A stretch of DNA of 64,000 nt, taken from assembly GCA_002633005.1 (NCBI GenBank), contig NMRA01000511.1:216084-280083 (forward strand), read 5' to 3'. The stretch's first letter is position 1. Each line of letters begins with the position of its first letter. Under the pieces are notes generated by a model, which was given only the letters and a program-made list of their open reading frames with translations, searched no databases and was not told the origin of the DNA. Position numbers and translations under genes: made by a program. The stretch is from Phoronis australis. Lineage: Eukaryota; Animalia; Phoronida. Shown here piece by piece: positions 1-14,400 of this stretch.

Positions 1-369
1 ATGTGCATACTCTCAACATTTTTCGTTTTTCTTTCCTGTGACTTTGATTCATCACAGGGCCTAGCCAGCCAGCTAGCTGTATGAAGACTATCTTCAAAAT
101 ACTACTAGGTACCAGTAGCACTGAGTGTTGAGCTCCGTTACACTCCGAACTTTCACATAGCCCGGGTAGTTCTGCTAGTCATCTCGTCGCGAAACTTATA
201 TCAACGTGTAGAGCTCTGGCAGGGGAGCATGCAAATAACTGGGTGTCAACCGACACTCACCTTGCTCGCTGGAGCCATTTAAGTGAAAAACAATCGAGCA
301 AACGTTATTTTATTTCATAATTCTCAGCCTTTTGTAACAAAGAAAACAGTACGCTCAACACACGCTATT

Positions 370-730
370 TCCTAAAATTTTGCGACATCCGTCAGGAAAT
401 GGTGACAGCTTCGCAGGAGCAAAAGTTTTAATGAAATTCGGTTCCCTGCTATTAAATTACTAAAAACTTGTAAGGAAATGAAATCAGCTCCAGCAATTTG
501 TACATAACAGTTGGATCGCTTGGAAGAAGAACAACTCGGGGAACGAACGTGGCCAATAAGGCAGCAGGTGACAACGCCGAAAGCGGACCTGAAAGAGCGC
601 ACCCAAATTTTAGCAGCAGAGTGAACGGCAAAACGTCAATTTTTTCAACGCCCGTCAATAAATTTGTTTACTCAAGGAACAGTATAATTTTTAATGACAC
701 TAATTTTGGGTCAGATTTTATTTAATCCGG
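370..730. repeat. Dispersed repeat, a diverged copy of ~4790-5145 (adjacent to the THAP relic)
   Basis: Shared blocks include aaaacttg(t/c)aagg.aatgaa, aattttagc.gcaga, gtttactcaag and tttttaatg.cactaatt. Confidence 0.6.
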
Positions 731-1185
731 TTTTACCCACGCCGGTGCAATGGCCCCTGTATATATAATATAGAGCTGGCACCAAAGCAAGACTACGCAG
801 TTGGAGCCCTTTCCTGGCCCTTGCCGAGAACGGCATCGTTCCCCTAATAGTGAACACTACACGGCAGTAAACTTGTATTATGAACTTTTGAGAGCTGAGA
901 TCGCAGACGAATTATACTCATTAAGCACAATTCTGTAACCTACAGGCATTCACCCAATGAGCTATATACATAATAAGATTGATTTATCTTATTGCCTTCA
1001 CCCACGGCAGAGCCTCAGTGAGGTTAGACGCGCTTTAGCCAATAGGAATTAACATTTGGAAAACGCTTTTTTACAAAAATGTGAAAGGGTAACAGATATA
1101 GACTTAATTCATTAATTAAATTACATTAAAAATGCATGTTATCGTACTTCAGGTACTTTTTAAGTTTCTAGCGATCTGAACTGCA

Positions 1186-1645
1186 GATTGAACTGCTTTC
1201 AATAGCACATTAGCAGCTAATCAGCGATTCTACACCTGTTGGACACCAGGGGCGCTGCTTACAGGAAGTGATGGGCTACTGAGGCGGGCTACGTACCATG
1301 TGATACTAGCAATTCAGCACATTAGCCTTGATTGGAGGCTTTCCATCGCATATTATAGGAGCCAATCAGCGATTCTACATTAGTAGAACGGAAGAGGCGC
1401 TGTTTACAGGTATGATGAGCTACTATGATTGGCTGCTGACCTTGCGATTTTAACGATACTGCATGCTAGCATCGATTGAAGTCTTTCAATATCACACGTT
1501 AGCAGCACTACTCCTGTAGAACACTAGGGGGCGCTGCTTACATAGAATGTCGAGCTCATCTGACTGGCTACCTTGCGATTCTAACGATTCTGCAAAGCAT
1601 CGATCGAAGGCTTTCAATCGCTTATTAACAGCTAATCAGTGATTT
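1186..1645 (+). repeat. Degenerate ~144-bp tandem repeat (~3.3 units) with CTCF-like motifs
   Basis: Units start near 1186, 1330, 1474 and 1602; cores are acaccaggggcgctg, acggaagaggcgctg and acactagggggcgctg. Confidence 0.75.
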
Positions 1646-2609
1646 TTGATAGTCAAATCCTGAAATCGCTAGGGGGGTGAGGGCGACTTGCATTCCCACT
1701 AGGTGGGCCGCTAATCTGCGATTGCGTCAGCGCTATTGTTGCTAATCTTACCGTGGTAGAATAGCGCGCTATAATGCCGTTGTAAGGTTGCTAATATAGC
1801 AATTTTGCCAATCCTGCGGGCTTGTTTACACAAAGTAGTTTACAATAGAGTTCTGCGAAACGCGTGGATGATCCAGATGGGCCACTGACTCAACTGAAGA
1901 ACAAATCAAGTAAATATAAACACCAACAATCTGCTAGTGAAGAAGTAACATCAATAGTATTATCAAACCAACATTCTAAACAAAATATATCATGAATGTA
2001 CCACGGGTTTCGTGATGGGGAGCTTTTCATGGGTGAATTGACCCACACCTTCTCAAGTACTACGACATGGGACAAGTTGGAGAATTATGGCTCGTGCTAT
2101 TCATTGCTTTTAATCCTAATTTTAATGCACTCGTTGGCCTCAGTTAAGAAATCACAGTGCGCCAATAAAATTATTTTTGTGCCTGTGACGCGGGGCGCGC
2201 TCCTAAAACTGTATAGCTCACTCGTGCGTTAAGCTTATGAAGCGGATGGGATCCTTAGTACAACCTGAGGCGCATGAACACAAAAGCGCAAAACCTTACG
2301 TGGCTTGTTTTTAATAGCGCTTTTCTTAGATTGTTAAAAAGACGTTCTCACTAGTGAACTTCTATGTAACTTATAGGAAAAACAGGTAACAGTCCAGTTG
2401 AGCGACATGTTGAGATGCGCAAAACTAGTACATATTAATTGAACTAGACCTGCTCTGTGTGTAGGTGCACCGGGAAAGCGTTACTGGCGGATTACACTAC
2501 TACTGACCGTCGTCGATGTGTGGGTGAAAAGTTGAGACCTCCAAAGTCTGATTCATTCGAATTGCTGTCTTAAGGTGCACCGGCATTATATCATTGTTTT
2601 CTAAGCAGA

Positions 2610-3044
2610 ATGAATGTAGAAGAATTTTTCGAAGCAACAGGCGGATTTGGGAAATTCCAGAAACTACATTACAGCTTGTTGTCGCTATGTGGACTTCTAG
2701 GTGCATTTTCCACGATGACGTATGTCTTTGTGACTGCCGTTCCAGATTACTGGTGCGCTTCACCGGTCGAATTCATGAACCTAACTCTTGAAGAGAGAAA
2801 AGCTCTTACTCTACCAGTCGATTCCTCGAAGGGGTACAGCAAATGTAACGTGTTTGATTGGTCAGGAATAGGCCATGCAAATGATCGAAATGCCAGTCTT
2901 ACCCAGTACTGGAAAAGTAGATTTGGGAACGGAACAGAAGAGGATGTGTTGGAATACTCAGTTAATGTCTCGTCACTACCGGTCAAAAAGTGTTCATCGT
3001 GGGAATATGATAGATCACAGTTTACCAGTACCATTGTCACGGAG
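2610..3044 (+). CDS. SLC22 transporter exon 1
   Basis: MNVEEFFEATGGFGKFQ...YWC...KKCSSWEYD...STIVTE, then donor gtaagg (phase 0). Confidence 0.95.
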
Positions 3045-6000
3045 GTAAGGTTTCAAATATTGCCTCTCATAATTCAATTTTCGCTCTTTTGACCCCCAAA
3101 ATTGTTGTTCGAGTAACTTTGAAGTGCTATCCCGCTGGTCTGACCTTCTTCGTACATCCATTAGACCAGCCACCATCGGGAGGCACACAGTTTTCTTGGC
3201 TATTCTGGCGGTTGTTAAACGTTATACATGTACACACGACCCGTAGATGAAAGAAAGTCTCTCCGCTTCATTTTTGTTTAAAACGTTATGAAGCGGTTTC
3301 TAACTCAATTTAGCTGAGTCGAAACGTAAGCCCTAATAAATTTCCTTCAACATAACTCCAAATCAATTTTGTTTAATATTAATTTTTCGCGTAACAATTT
3401 GTCTTTGTTAGCCCCCACCACTTAAAATGGTCGCTGTGTGAGTGATATCAAACATGTAGCATTTGCCACTCCGTTGCTGCCAAATGCACTGAGTATACTG
3501 TTTAAGCACTGACAAGTACTTACATTAAATCTTGTAATGGTAAAATAAGGCAAACGCAAACAAGGCTGAAAGTTACGAAATGCTTGCATTTTAGTGACAA
3601 TTTTTTCCAGAGACGAAACTCATCCCGTGTTCTAAATTGAATGTAAAGAATAGACCAGTTTGTAAAGCGGTCAATAAATGACTGCTCAATGGGGTCAATT
3701 ATTCGCTTAATGGGTCACTTTCTCTTCACGGATGATTACGAACAGATACGCACACCTGCAACAAATGAACGGCTGTCTTGCCCATGTGGGTATCAGTATC
3801 GTAGCTCCTCCTCTTGTCCTTTCCTGAGCTTGCAGAATAGCGAGTGGCAGTTTCTGGGCTAAAACTTCAAATGACACTGTCCACAAGCCGATAGATTGCC
3901 ATGCATCCTTAACGGCCTACTAATGGGTCAGAATGACCATGTTAATACCTAAAGTACACTTGACATGTATTACCGTGTCAAAACATACCCCACTCTGTAA
4001 TCAAGTAGGCCTATTAACTATACAGCAGCTCCATCACTCAGCTCTGTAAACAGGGCAGTACTTCCGCCGGAGGGTTTTTCATCTTGGTGAAGTCAATGAA
4101 CTAAATCTCATTTAACTCATATTAGGTGAATTGGGTATTAACGAAAACAATTGGAGTATTTTTTCAGTATGCTTGTACTAACAAAATCGATTTCCCTTGA
4201 CACGTTTAGAGAACCGCAAACAGTCTTACTGGTTAATTTCAGCTCTCCGATCCTTCCTCTAACAACAACCATTCAAATCGTCTGTCACCATCTACATGTA
4301 TACTTAATTTTTACCTAATGGCGACATGAAGTGATCTCAATGCCAGCAAATGAGCCCAGTGAATGTTTTCGCTCATGAGTTCACCGGTCGGTTAAAAAGT
4401 ACAAATGGTGGGCTGACAAGCGAATAGTAAAAAGCCAAATCTTATAGTAAATAAGTTCTTTCAAGGGGCTTGATTTTTGTGCAGTTATTATTCGAAATAT
4501 TAATTCGGGAGATAGATGTGTTCACACAATCTTAATTTTGACGTATATAGGTTAACTTTGGTGTGCAGTTCCAATGCGCTACATTTGGCACTTGATTCTA
4601 AACTCCATGCAGTCGAGGTAGTTCTGTTCATCGCCTCGTTGTGAAACTTGCAAGTTCTGTAGAGCTAACGACCGGGAGTCAACCAACATTCACCGTGCCC
4701 GTTGCACAGCTGTTTACGTGAAAACAATCTAATAAGCGTCATTTTTTGCATAACTTTCCCGCTTTTGTTCGTGACACGCGCACGCGCCATTTTCTAAAAT
4801 CTTGCAGCATCTCTCGGGAGACAATGAAAGCTACATGTATGCAACAGCAAAATTCTTTCTGAAATTTAGTTTTCTGGTATTAAAATATTGAAAACTTGCA
4901 AGGTAATGAATCCACCTTCGATAATTTGTTGTGACATGTACGCAACCTCGTGAAAGAGAAGAAGAGTTGATTGAAGAATCGCGAGAAAAAGAAACTGACA
5001 AATAGGTGACGCAAAAGTTTGCATAACAATTTTAGCCGCAGAATAACAGCAGAACGCCAAATTTTCTAACACCGGCAAATAATTTAGTTTACTCAAGAGA
5101 GGGTGTAGTTTTTAATGCCACTAATTGTGCGCCAGTTTTTATTTGGTCAGTTTTTTACCAACGTCGGTACTAAGGTTAGAACAGATCTTGCTGCTCTTTT
5201 GAATTTTGTTACCAATTCTTCGGTTGTGGATGGAAGTCTATTCCTTGCATGGCTAATGGCGGAATCTGCGGGGAAGTTGTACAAATGTATGCCCCTACCG
5301 CTTACAATGCTACACCCGTACACCATGCAACTCGGCAATTTAGCACAGAGACCGATAAGTAGCCTACGTCCAAGAAATGACGCCCAGCTGTTGCGCAGGG
5401 AGGTTTCGTTGACATGACGATGTCATGTGTACCCTTTTATGCTGATTGGCTGAGAACATCTCTGGGGCGATCGAAGAGACTATGAATCATTTTGCTCAGG
5501 CTTTGAACTCATTCACAAGGGTACATGTACAGTGCGTAGCTCAGTTGGGATACCAGTGTCTAGGAGTTACACTATGAACACTGAAATTTGTTCTCGGCCT
5601 TAGACTTCAAACAACTTTGAATTTTGTACTTGACAGAGAACAAACTTCTTACTCTATGAAAATGCTAACATCATATCAATACCATCAAGTACGGACACAA
5701 CAGCCTCCTGAGCTTATTCTGTTTTGCGGAGCTATTATACAACTGAATGGTATACTAAATACATAGGTTTTCTGCCCATTTCCTGTTTCAGTGATATGCG
5801 CCTTCCTTGTTTAGTTTCTCACCAATCTTTTTGTTTATAAATATCGATGGGATAACCATTCTTTTGAAGACGTGTTTTCATGGCATTTTAAGGACATTGA
5901 AATGTCAGTTACAACTAAAGCAAACGTTGTTTAAACCGTAAACAAGATCAACCAAGGTACGAACCTACTGCGTTTGTCTACGCCCCGTTTGCGTTCCAAA

Positions 6001-8430
6001 GAGCGCTCTCTCGACGTGGTTTGTTAATTTTCAATAGCTTCTGTTCCCGATCATTGATGTCACATTCGAGTAAAAAAACTTCCAAAAGGTGCTCCTCGCT
6101 GAAAGACTCATCGCTTCAACTCCAGTGCGTCACGCTGGTTCCCAAGCTTGTGTGACTGAGCCATAACATACTTTTCTCACTCCCGTGTAGTCATCCTCGA
6201 TTACAGGACGCATTCAGTGTTGACTAGGCTGAAGTCGGATAAGCTCATTAACTGCTGGAGTTCCCTAATTAACTGCACTGCGCAGACGATTACTGCTTTG
6301 TGCAATGGGTCCATATACTGAGTACTATTCTTTGTGTTGAAAAGGAGGTGTTTTGGTGTGAATCTATGTCTTTAACCAAACCTAGTTTAATGAAAAACTT
6401 CGAAATTTGAAAACAGCTCAGCGATGTTATAACGGAACCTGTACTGTTGTTCACAGATGATTTAGGAATGGTAAAGTACGATCAAATTTTATAGTGAACC
6501 GCAAACTGCTTCTGTACAGTCAAAACTAAAGAGCGTGTCATCCATGTAGCGTTTGTAGAGTCTCATTTGGACATTAACTTTTTACACGGCAAAACTTACT
6601 CGGCGCAAGATGATCGGTGTCAAGCTGCCTTTTGCACACACACACAACTCAAAAACGGTGGCAAGGCGGAATTTAGTCGTTGGCAGGAATGTGAAGTGCT
6701 CAAGAGCGAATATGCAAATTGCAGAAGTCACAGTTCAATACTATTGTTGTAGTTGTTGTTATCGAGCTTCTAATTCTACGTTGGACCAAAGCTGACATTG
6801 AAAAACAACAATACGTAAACATGCACGCACGTTCAGAGCTGTGAACTGTGCGTCCGCCGAACTTTGGTAGTTCATGCCTTTTTAGTGGACTTTTGTTTCG
6901 TTTTTTCGAATTTTTTGTTTCTCTGAGGCCGACTTTTTTCCCGTTTCGCCCTGGGTGCGCGCATGGAAAACAATCACTTTTCTTTGCGGAGGAAACGTTT
7001 CCGCCCTGGAGATAACTTATCCTCGGCTGAAAGGTTTTCTCTGCAGGGAAAAGGGACTTTTGTCGTAATCTTTTTCAGTATCAGTTTTGGGAGCCCGTAA
7101 ACCCCCAACGCGTACGTAATTCGTGACATTGAGTTTTGCCTCAGTAGTTTTTGTGATCTGTTAATTAACGGTTTCATCAGTAAACCTGCTATACATCACA
7201 GAGCATTTGAGTCTTGACTGATCACTGTGTGTAATATTCTGACAATCTCCTCTCAAATATATAACGGGTCAGTGTATTATAGTTAGAAGACATGGCACTG
7301 AACAGCTGGCTGGCAAATTGTAAAATATTGCACAACAAAGATCACCTGTATACGTGTGTGTGTGTGCGTGTGTGTGTGTGTGTGTGTGTGCGTGTGCGTG
7401 TGCGTGTCTTTAAGTGTACTTTTTTGCGCAAGAGCAATAGAGTGCCCCAGTTTTACGTTTAGTCATAGTTGACACAGATCGGGTGCAAGTTTTTCTTCCT
7501 CACAAAAAGGTGACAAAAGTTGTCACCGTAGTGTCAATGTCATCCGTTTCAGTCCTGTTTACGCACATACTTGAGTTCGAGCATCATGTTCCGGGTCAGC
7601 TGATCTGAGGACAACGATTTTTTTGAAGATAACCAATCGGGTTTAGGAAAGTGATGCTGCACGGTAGATCGTATTTTTACGTTGTAATGTGCTTCACTTA
7701 GAATCTGTCTTGGTCTAAAGTTACATATAGGCCTACCCTTGCGTGTCAGGCTAATAAAGCTTTGTTTATATTAAATAAACTGCAATATAGTGTGATTGCC
7801 TTCCTCTCAAGACCCCTTTTGAGATATTTGATAAGATGGTTCCTCCTATTGTAAATTATGGTCTGAAATAAGGAGCTCTTGTCAACATCAATCTGTAGAC
7901 AGTTAAGCAATTGTACAGCACACATCACGAATTTTTGTCCGACTGGTCGGAAATTGGTCGACGACCAGCCGACCAACAATGGTCTGCTGGGAGCCGTCTG
8001 CTGAGTCGCCTCTGCGGTCGGCACTTGGGTCGGCAAAGTGGTCGCCTAGCATAGACGACCAATTCGGATTATGCGTGTCCTCGGTCGGCAATAACCATTT
8101 TATGACTTAGCGGGTGAACTTTGGCCAAACAAACATTTAACTGTTCGCTGTTCGTTCACCTGTATCCTCTCCGGTCTTGACATCGGTTTATCAACGTTTG
8201 TTCAACTTTTGAAAGGTGGTAAAATCGAGACAACCTATAAATACGAATTGCGTGAAATTGCACCAACCTAAACTTTATGTTGAACTGCTGACGGCGTGGT
8301 AAAATTAAACGTTAAATGATTACTTGGAAACATAATTTCGCACTCTAGATATGAAACTTTTATACATTATGCATAAAAAAGTATCAACAACCAGAAAATT
8401 TGAAGTGTGTCAGGGCCGTAGGAAGCGGGA

Positions 8431-8496
<66 letters not shown>

Positions 8497-11400
8497 GCCG
8501 CCTCAAAAATTTTCAGGCGTCTGGGTTAAACCGTGGCAACCCACATAGGCGTGGTGCCGGGGACAGTCGGAAAAAGAAAGACTGCGATAAACGAATAAGA
8601 GAAAACTCAAGAGAACATTGAACAAATCTGCATCAGTGCATAGTTTACCTTTTGAAGACCCAGGCCAGAACATTGTCGTTAGGGTCTTCGCTTTTGCAGC
8701 ACATGTCGTCTAAACACACACATATATTTCGAAAAAATCGAGAGAATTTGTAAAGCGAAATTTTTGCAGAGCGTACTAATTTACTGGATGTTTAAATTCA
8801 ATAAGTCAATTTTGCGAATGCGAAACTATATTTTTCTAGAGGCCCCTCTCTGGCAAGGGATAACGGTGACAACTTTCGCTTTATTTTTTTTTCTCGAAAC
8901 TGAAAATCACTTGAGAAAAATTGATGACCTGACTGATAACATCAATTGCCGCGCATTTCTTGATATTTGAAAATACAAATATTTTCAAATTGAGGGTCCC
9001 CGCTTTTGAACGAGGCCATTGATGACATTCAAGTGGCCACCTTTTTGTGTTTTTATTAAGAAATTCTTACGGGGCCGCTGACGGTGAAAGGGTCCAATAT
9101 TGGGATCAATTGCCTCTATTTTCCTGTTTTTTTGTGAAATCGTGCTTTCATGATGAAGGAGGTCACTCCCTGCATCGTTTTGGGACCACACGAGGGCGGA
9201 ATGAACTGTCACTTTTTTCCAAGCTTAGTGATGTTTAGACTTTCATCTTAAGGTGTCCCATTTCAGGCGGTACCCTCTCTCGTTGGAGCAGGAGAGGAAA
9301 TGTCCCTTTGTCCCACTATATGCTTGTATATCTGCGCGTGCCGGACAAGTGTACACAGGCACTATATCTGCGCGTGCACGACAAGTGTACACAGGCACTA
9401 TGTCTGCGCGTGCACGACAGGTGTACGCAATCAATTATGGTTGATCAAATTTATTACAAATGATTCTTTAAAACAGATTAATTTCGATTATTTCTTAGAA
9501 TGGTATGACATGTTATAAGATGTTGATAAGAACTTATATTAACGAAAGGTGTAATATAAGGTCTTAGTTTTTTCATCAGCCCTAGTAATTTATACGAATT
9601 TTTGTCACTGACCAAAAACGATCAGTAAATGATGATCAGACTGATATATGTGAACGATGATTAGTCTCATCAGAATTCATGTCAACCAAAATGGAGGCGC
9701 AAGATTTTTACACAAGCATTACTTATTCTAAGGTCAGAAAATATGATTAAAACAGTGAAGAAGATGAACAGTATACACAGTGTCTATTTTGTTATGTACA
9801 CGGTCATTAAGATTGAGGGTAAATATAAAGGGCAAAACTAAGCCTTTGAACTAGAAAGGAGCAATGTATAATGCATACAAAAGTAAGCAACAGCCAGGGC
9901 ACGGACTTCTGTGTACATCCCGAGGGGCGTACATGTAGCTAGGATGGAGGGAGGTTTTTCTCATGCGGAACACTCTCCGGAGGGGAGCAGGGGCGGATCC
10001 AGGATTTTGATTAAGGGGCGGCCAGGGCAGACATTCGCACCCCCGAGCTGCCAAATGGAATCTGGGACAACTTTAGGGGGGGCATGGCCCCCTTGTCCCC
10101 TACCTCATAAATCTCTCACTGCTTACGTAAACTTTATGAAACTGGACCAATTAATGGACTTTTTTGCACACTTGTTGAGAAATGAGTTGTTGTGTCACGT
10201 GACCATCACGAGGAGGTGCTTATAAAATTAGGTAGCCTCGCATAGCACGGCGTCAAGTGAGTGTTTGAAACGTAGAATTATGGTGGAGGAAAATGCCAGC
10301 GTAAAAGACAAGACGACATTTTGAACTGGCTCGGAGAGAAGCACGCGATGAAATCTCTGTACTCGGCTAAGATGTTTGTTCAAATTTCTAAGTAGCTGGG
10401 TAACCTTTTTAGAGTTTTCTAAACTGCGCTACATCCAAAAACCGGCGGGACAGCTAACAAGCGTTCTCGCAAGCAATGGCATTTCTAAAAATAACTTACG
10501 GACTTAGTTTAATGTTTGAGTATCACCTACAATCCTTTATGAATCCTACGGATAACGAAGGGCAATATTTTAACACACACAAATCGTCTCTCGATTTCAA
10601 AATAACGCCACTGTCAGAGTTGAATAAGTCATTGTAGGCTTATCACTCCAGTAACCTTCAGGATTTATGCCAGGGTTATTTACTTGAGTATAATGCACAT
10701 GCTGAAGTTTATTAGGATTGTTTCTCGATCACTTTCTGCTATTAACTTTATGGTTGAAGCATACATGAACATAACTAGTAGAATTAAAAACATACAGTTA
10801 GTACTATATACTTGAGATTCATGGCAATAGGCTCGTCCCGGATTACACAGTGACACTCGAATCTCCTGTAATTTACCCAAAATGCCGTAAACATTCGTCA
10901 AGCACATTTGCTGCCTCGTTTTCGAGCCACTGGAGTTTCACATGCTATTTGTTGTCGTCTGATTCTTAACAAGTTCTTCTCGGTTGCATTACTCTATTCG
11001 TTCTTCCTATGTTAACGAAGCATTAAATGTTGTGTTGTGGGCTGCAACACCGGCGTGAAAACGTTTTATAAACTGGACAAATTCCTGTCGATGCATGATC
11101 TAAAACTCTTTGCCTTCCCGACATTAATGAGAGACACGAAAATGTGACTGATTTCAAAAACTAGATCACGTACTTACTTATTTCCATAATAACGGAGAAT
11201 AAAAGTCATCTATAATGCATAGGGGCCTACAAACATTTCCTGTTGAGTGACAATATCTGACGAGTGCGGTTTTCAAATGCATATTCTATGCTACTGTTAC
11301 TGAGTGCCGAAGCGTGTCAGTTTGCATTCTTTCCAGGAATTGAAAGGGAAAAATGCATTGAAAACTATGCCTCGACATTGTTGTGCTCAATGCAGGGTAA

Positions 11401-14400
11401 AGAATCGTTATCAGATAAATACATGCAAGGTTGGTTACGTTTAATTCAACCGACATTATAACAGTCGCGTTTCATATTACATTCTTTCCAAGAATCGTCA
11501 TGAAAAAATGCTTGAAAACTGTGCCTCGGAGTTGTTGTTCTCAATTAAGAGTAAAGAATCGTTATCAGATAAATACATGCAAGGTTGGTTACGTTTAATT
11601 CAACCGACATTATAACAGTCGCGTTTCATATTACATTCTTTCCAAGGATCGTCATGAAAAAATGCTTGAAATGCTATTCCCAGAAATTGTTGTTCACAAT
11701 GCTGGGTAAAGAATTGTTATCAGTTTTCTGTGTTTTTGCTTTTTTGGCCCCGTTAATTATCTTCAGAAATTTCAGGCAATATTTCCAATTTCTATTTATT
11801 ATTTTTACTGAGACCATGGATGAGTTAATCCATAACACAAAATATGTCACTGTCCAGCAGCTTCTATAATTTTTACAATACCACAAAAATGAGATTTTAT
11901 GTTAAAATTTGACACTGATTTTGAGCGAAAACTAATGTGCCCGACTTTTAAACTATTTATCAGACTAGGAATTGTATTAAACTACATTTTAGTAATATAA
12001 CATAAGCAAGTAAACTTCAACGCATAGTACGATCCAAATCCGTGACATAGGGTATATCACCCACTTATGGCTTTTTGCCTGGTCTGAAGTGCACTGCACT
12101 TTTAAGATAGGAAACTGGTTGGTTTTCTCATCGGAATGTGTGGACAAATGAGCTTATGAAAACCTTACGTTCATTGCACTGTATTCATGATATGAATAAA
12201 AGAATGAAATGAGAAAACGAGAAATTGCGGTTTTAATATGGGTGTGCCGTCTATATTCGTCTTTTTATCCGTTTTATTCATTAAACGTACTTAGTCGGCA
12301 CGCATCTGTTTGCAAATTTTATATTGAACACGCGGTTTACTCCGCGGATGGACGGACACAGGTTATCGCTGACCCGTGTTTAGTACCTTTCGGTGCGACG
12401 ATACATGTAGACTTAAGATTGATTCGAGTTAATAACTTTATTAACTTCGGCCCCACGTACTCAAGTCTACTCAAGCAAAACGTACTACGTAATGTCTGTT
12501 CTATGCTCAAGCTAGTGCTGCAAAACCTTGACCAGGGGCAGATCCAGGATTTTAAGTTGGGTGGCGGGGCTGAGTATTATCCAGGAATTTGCCCGTCAGA
12601 CACTTACATCCCGCATTACCAAATTTAATGTGGAAGAATTTTAGGGGGGGGCCATGGCCCCCTTGGCCCCCCTTTAAGTCCTCCACTGGGGAGGAGGGGG
12701 GAGGGAGAGGCGATAAAACAATTCGTGGTAATCGGCACTAAACATTTTAGCATCAGAAATATTACATTCAAGTAATTCAGGCAAACACATTTTAATTAAT
12801 AATTCATTGGTGCCACCTGTTGCCCCGAAGTGTTATACCAGAGGTTTCCAGTTTAATCCCGTCCTGCAACCATTTTATTACTGATTATGAATTTCTGTAA
12901 TTACATCACGTTTCGTCTCTTATAATTGCTAAACGTAAATCAAAACATCAAAATGTTCTAGAAACCATGTGTATTTAGTTGTTGCAACAAGAGGGGTATT
13001 ACATATATCAAACTTGACAAATATCCGTGGCGTTGGCGCAGTTGGATTTTGGAATTAAATGCTGAATGACATCAACATGAACTTGTGTCTTAAAACGCTA
13101 CGAAATATTGCCACAAGTCAAACTTTAATAATTCTGCTAGAACTAGTATTTGCTTAAAGGTATTTCAATGAACACAATATACATTCATTGACTGGCCGTA
13201 GTTTGGCAGGAAATGACGTGATACACTGTACGGAACCGGTAACTCTCCCCTACATTTGAGGTACGACGTGGCACTGACTGAATGCATCAACCAAAACATG
13301 TTAATTTTTGAAAATCCCCTCAAAAATGGGGATTTTTTCAAAACGCCGTGTTGGCCATATTCGTGTAGAAAAGCGAAATGAACAAATCTGTACGCGCTGC
13401 TCAAAGCACATTTGTGCGCATACGGAAACGAAAACGTCGTTAAACGCTGCATGTGCTTGACATTTCTGACAAAGCACGTTCGTGCTGGAAGTTTTTTTAA
13501 GATTGAGCACGGTTCCAAAAAATTGTAGGTCTCGTTACAGCTGACCACAGAAGAATGATTCTGCACTTTCAGGACTGAAACTGAATCAAAAATCTGGTGT
13601 GGTGACTCATTGGAAGGTGCAGAACTCGGGGAGAAGAGGGGGGGGGGCAATACAAGCGTGATATTTTTATTTTGGAGCTATAGTTGCCAGGGCCCGGTCT
13701 CCAATCTTTTTACTCGAAATGGAACTCGAAATTAGGTTTGGCATTTTCTATTCTACTTTTGGGCGAACTCAAGATAAGTGTCTATTATTCTATGTTCGAG
13801 TACACAATAACTTACGTAGATAATTTATTGCTCTTAGTTCACAGTTTGTAAACCCAATATTAAAGCAATAAGTTCGAGTTTGAACTCGAAATTTAGAGTT
13901 TTTACTCGAGTTTGTAGCACGAATATAAGGGTCTTCAAGGGCAAACTTGAACTAGAAACTCCTATGCATAAACTATAATGTATTCGAGCACAGTCTGATA
14001 ACCAATAATCTTAAGTTCGCGCAAAAGGAGCAGAGAAATTGCCAAAAATAATTTCGAGTTCGTTGCGAGTACAAAGATTAGAGACCGGGCCCAGATATCA
14101 TTCAGCGTCACCTAAGGAGGCCAGATCATGCGTTATAAACATCACAAAACGCGTACCTTGGTGTATTTCCTTTCATTTTTTTCGACATCGCATTCGCTTT
14201 ACCAAAGATTCACGCACAAATGCCGCGTAGAGACAAACACCTCTTCACCACGTATTCGCATCTTCCCGTTCAAAATTGTTTTATTTTATACAATTTGTCA
14301 ATATGTTGTTGACAAAAATATTTGTTTTTGGAACAACGTGAACGACCAACTGATACAGTAACTAGAGCAGATTTTACCGTCGCCGATGCATGAAAAGGGA

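Noticed and set aside
8351-8621. Poly-glycine ORFs
   Set aside because: They are translations of the poly(G) run, whose length may itself be a sequencing or assembly artefact.
9327-9427. 36-bp repeats of CRISPR-like length
   Set aside because: The units are head-to-tail with no unique spacers, there are no cas genes, and the context is a eukaryotic intron.
12953-13130. Possible third THAP (KPCVFSCCNK...P...W...C)
   Set aside because: Three in-frame stops and no HF motif; the similarity is too weak to call.
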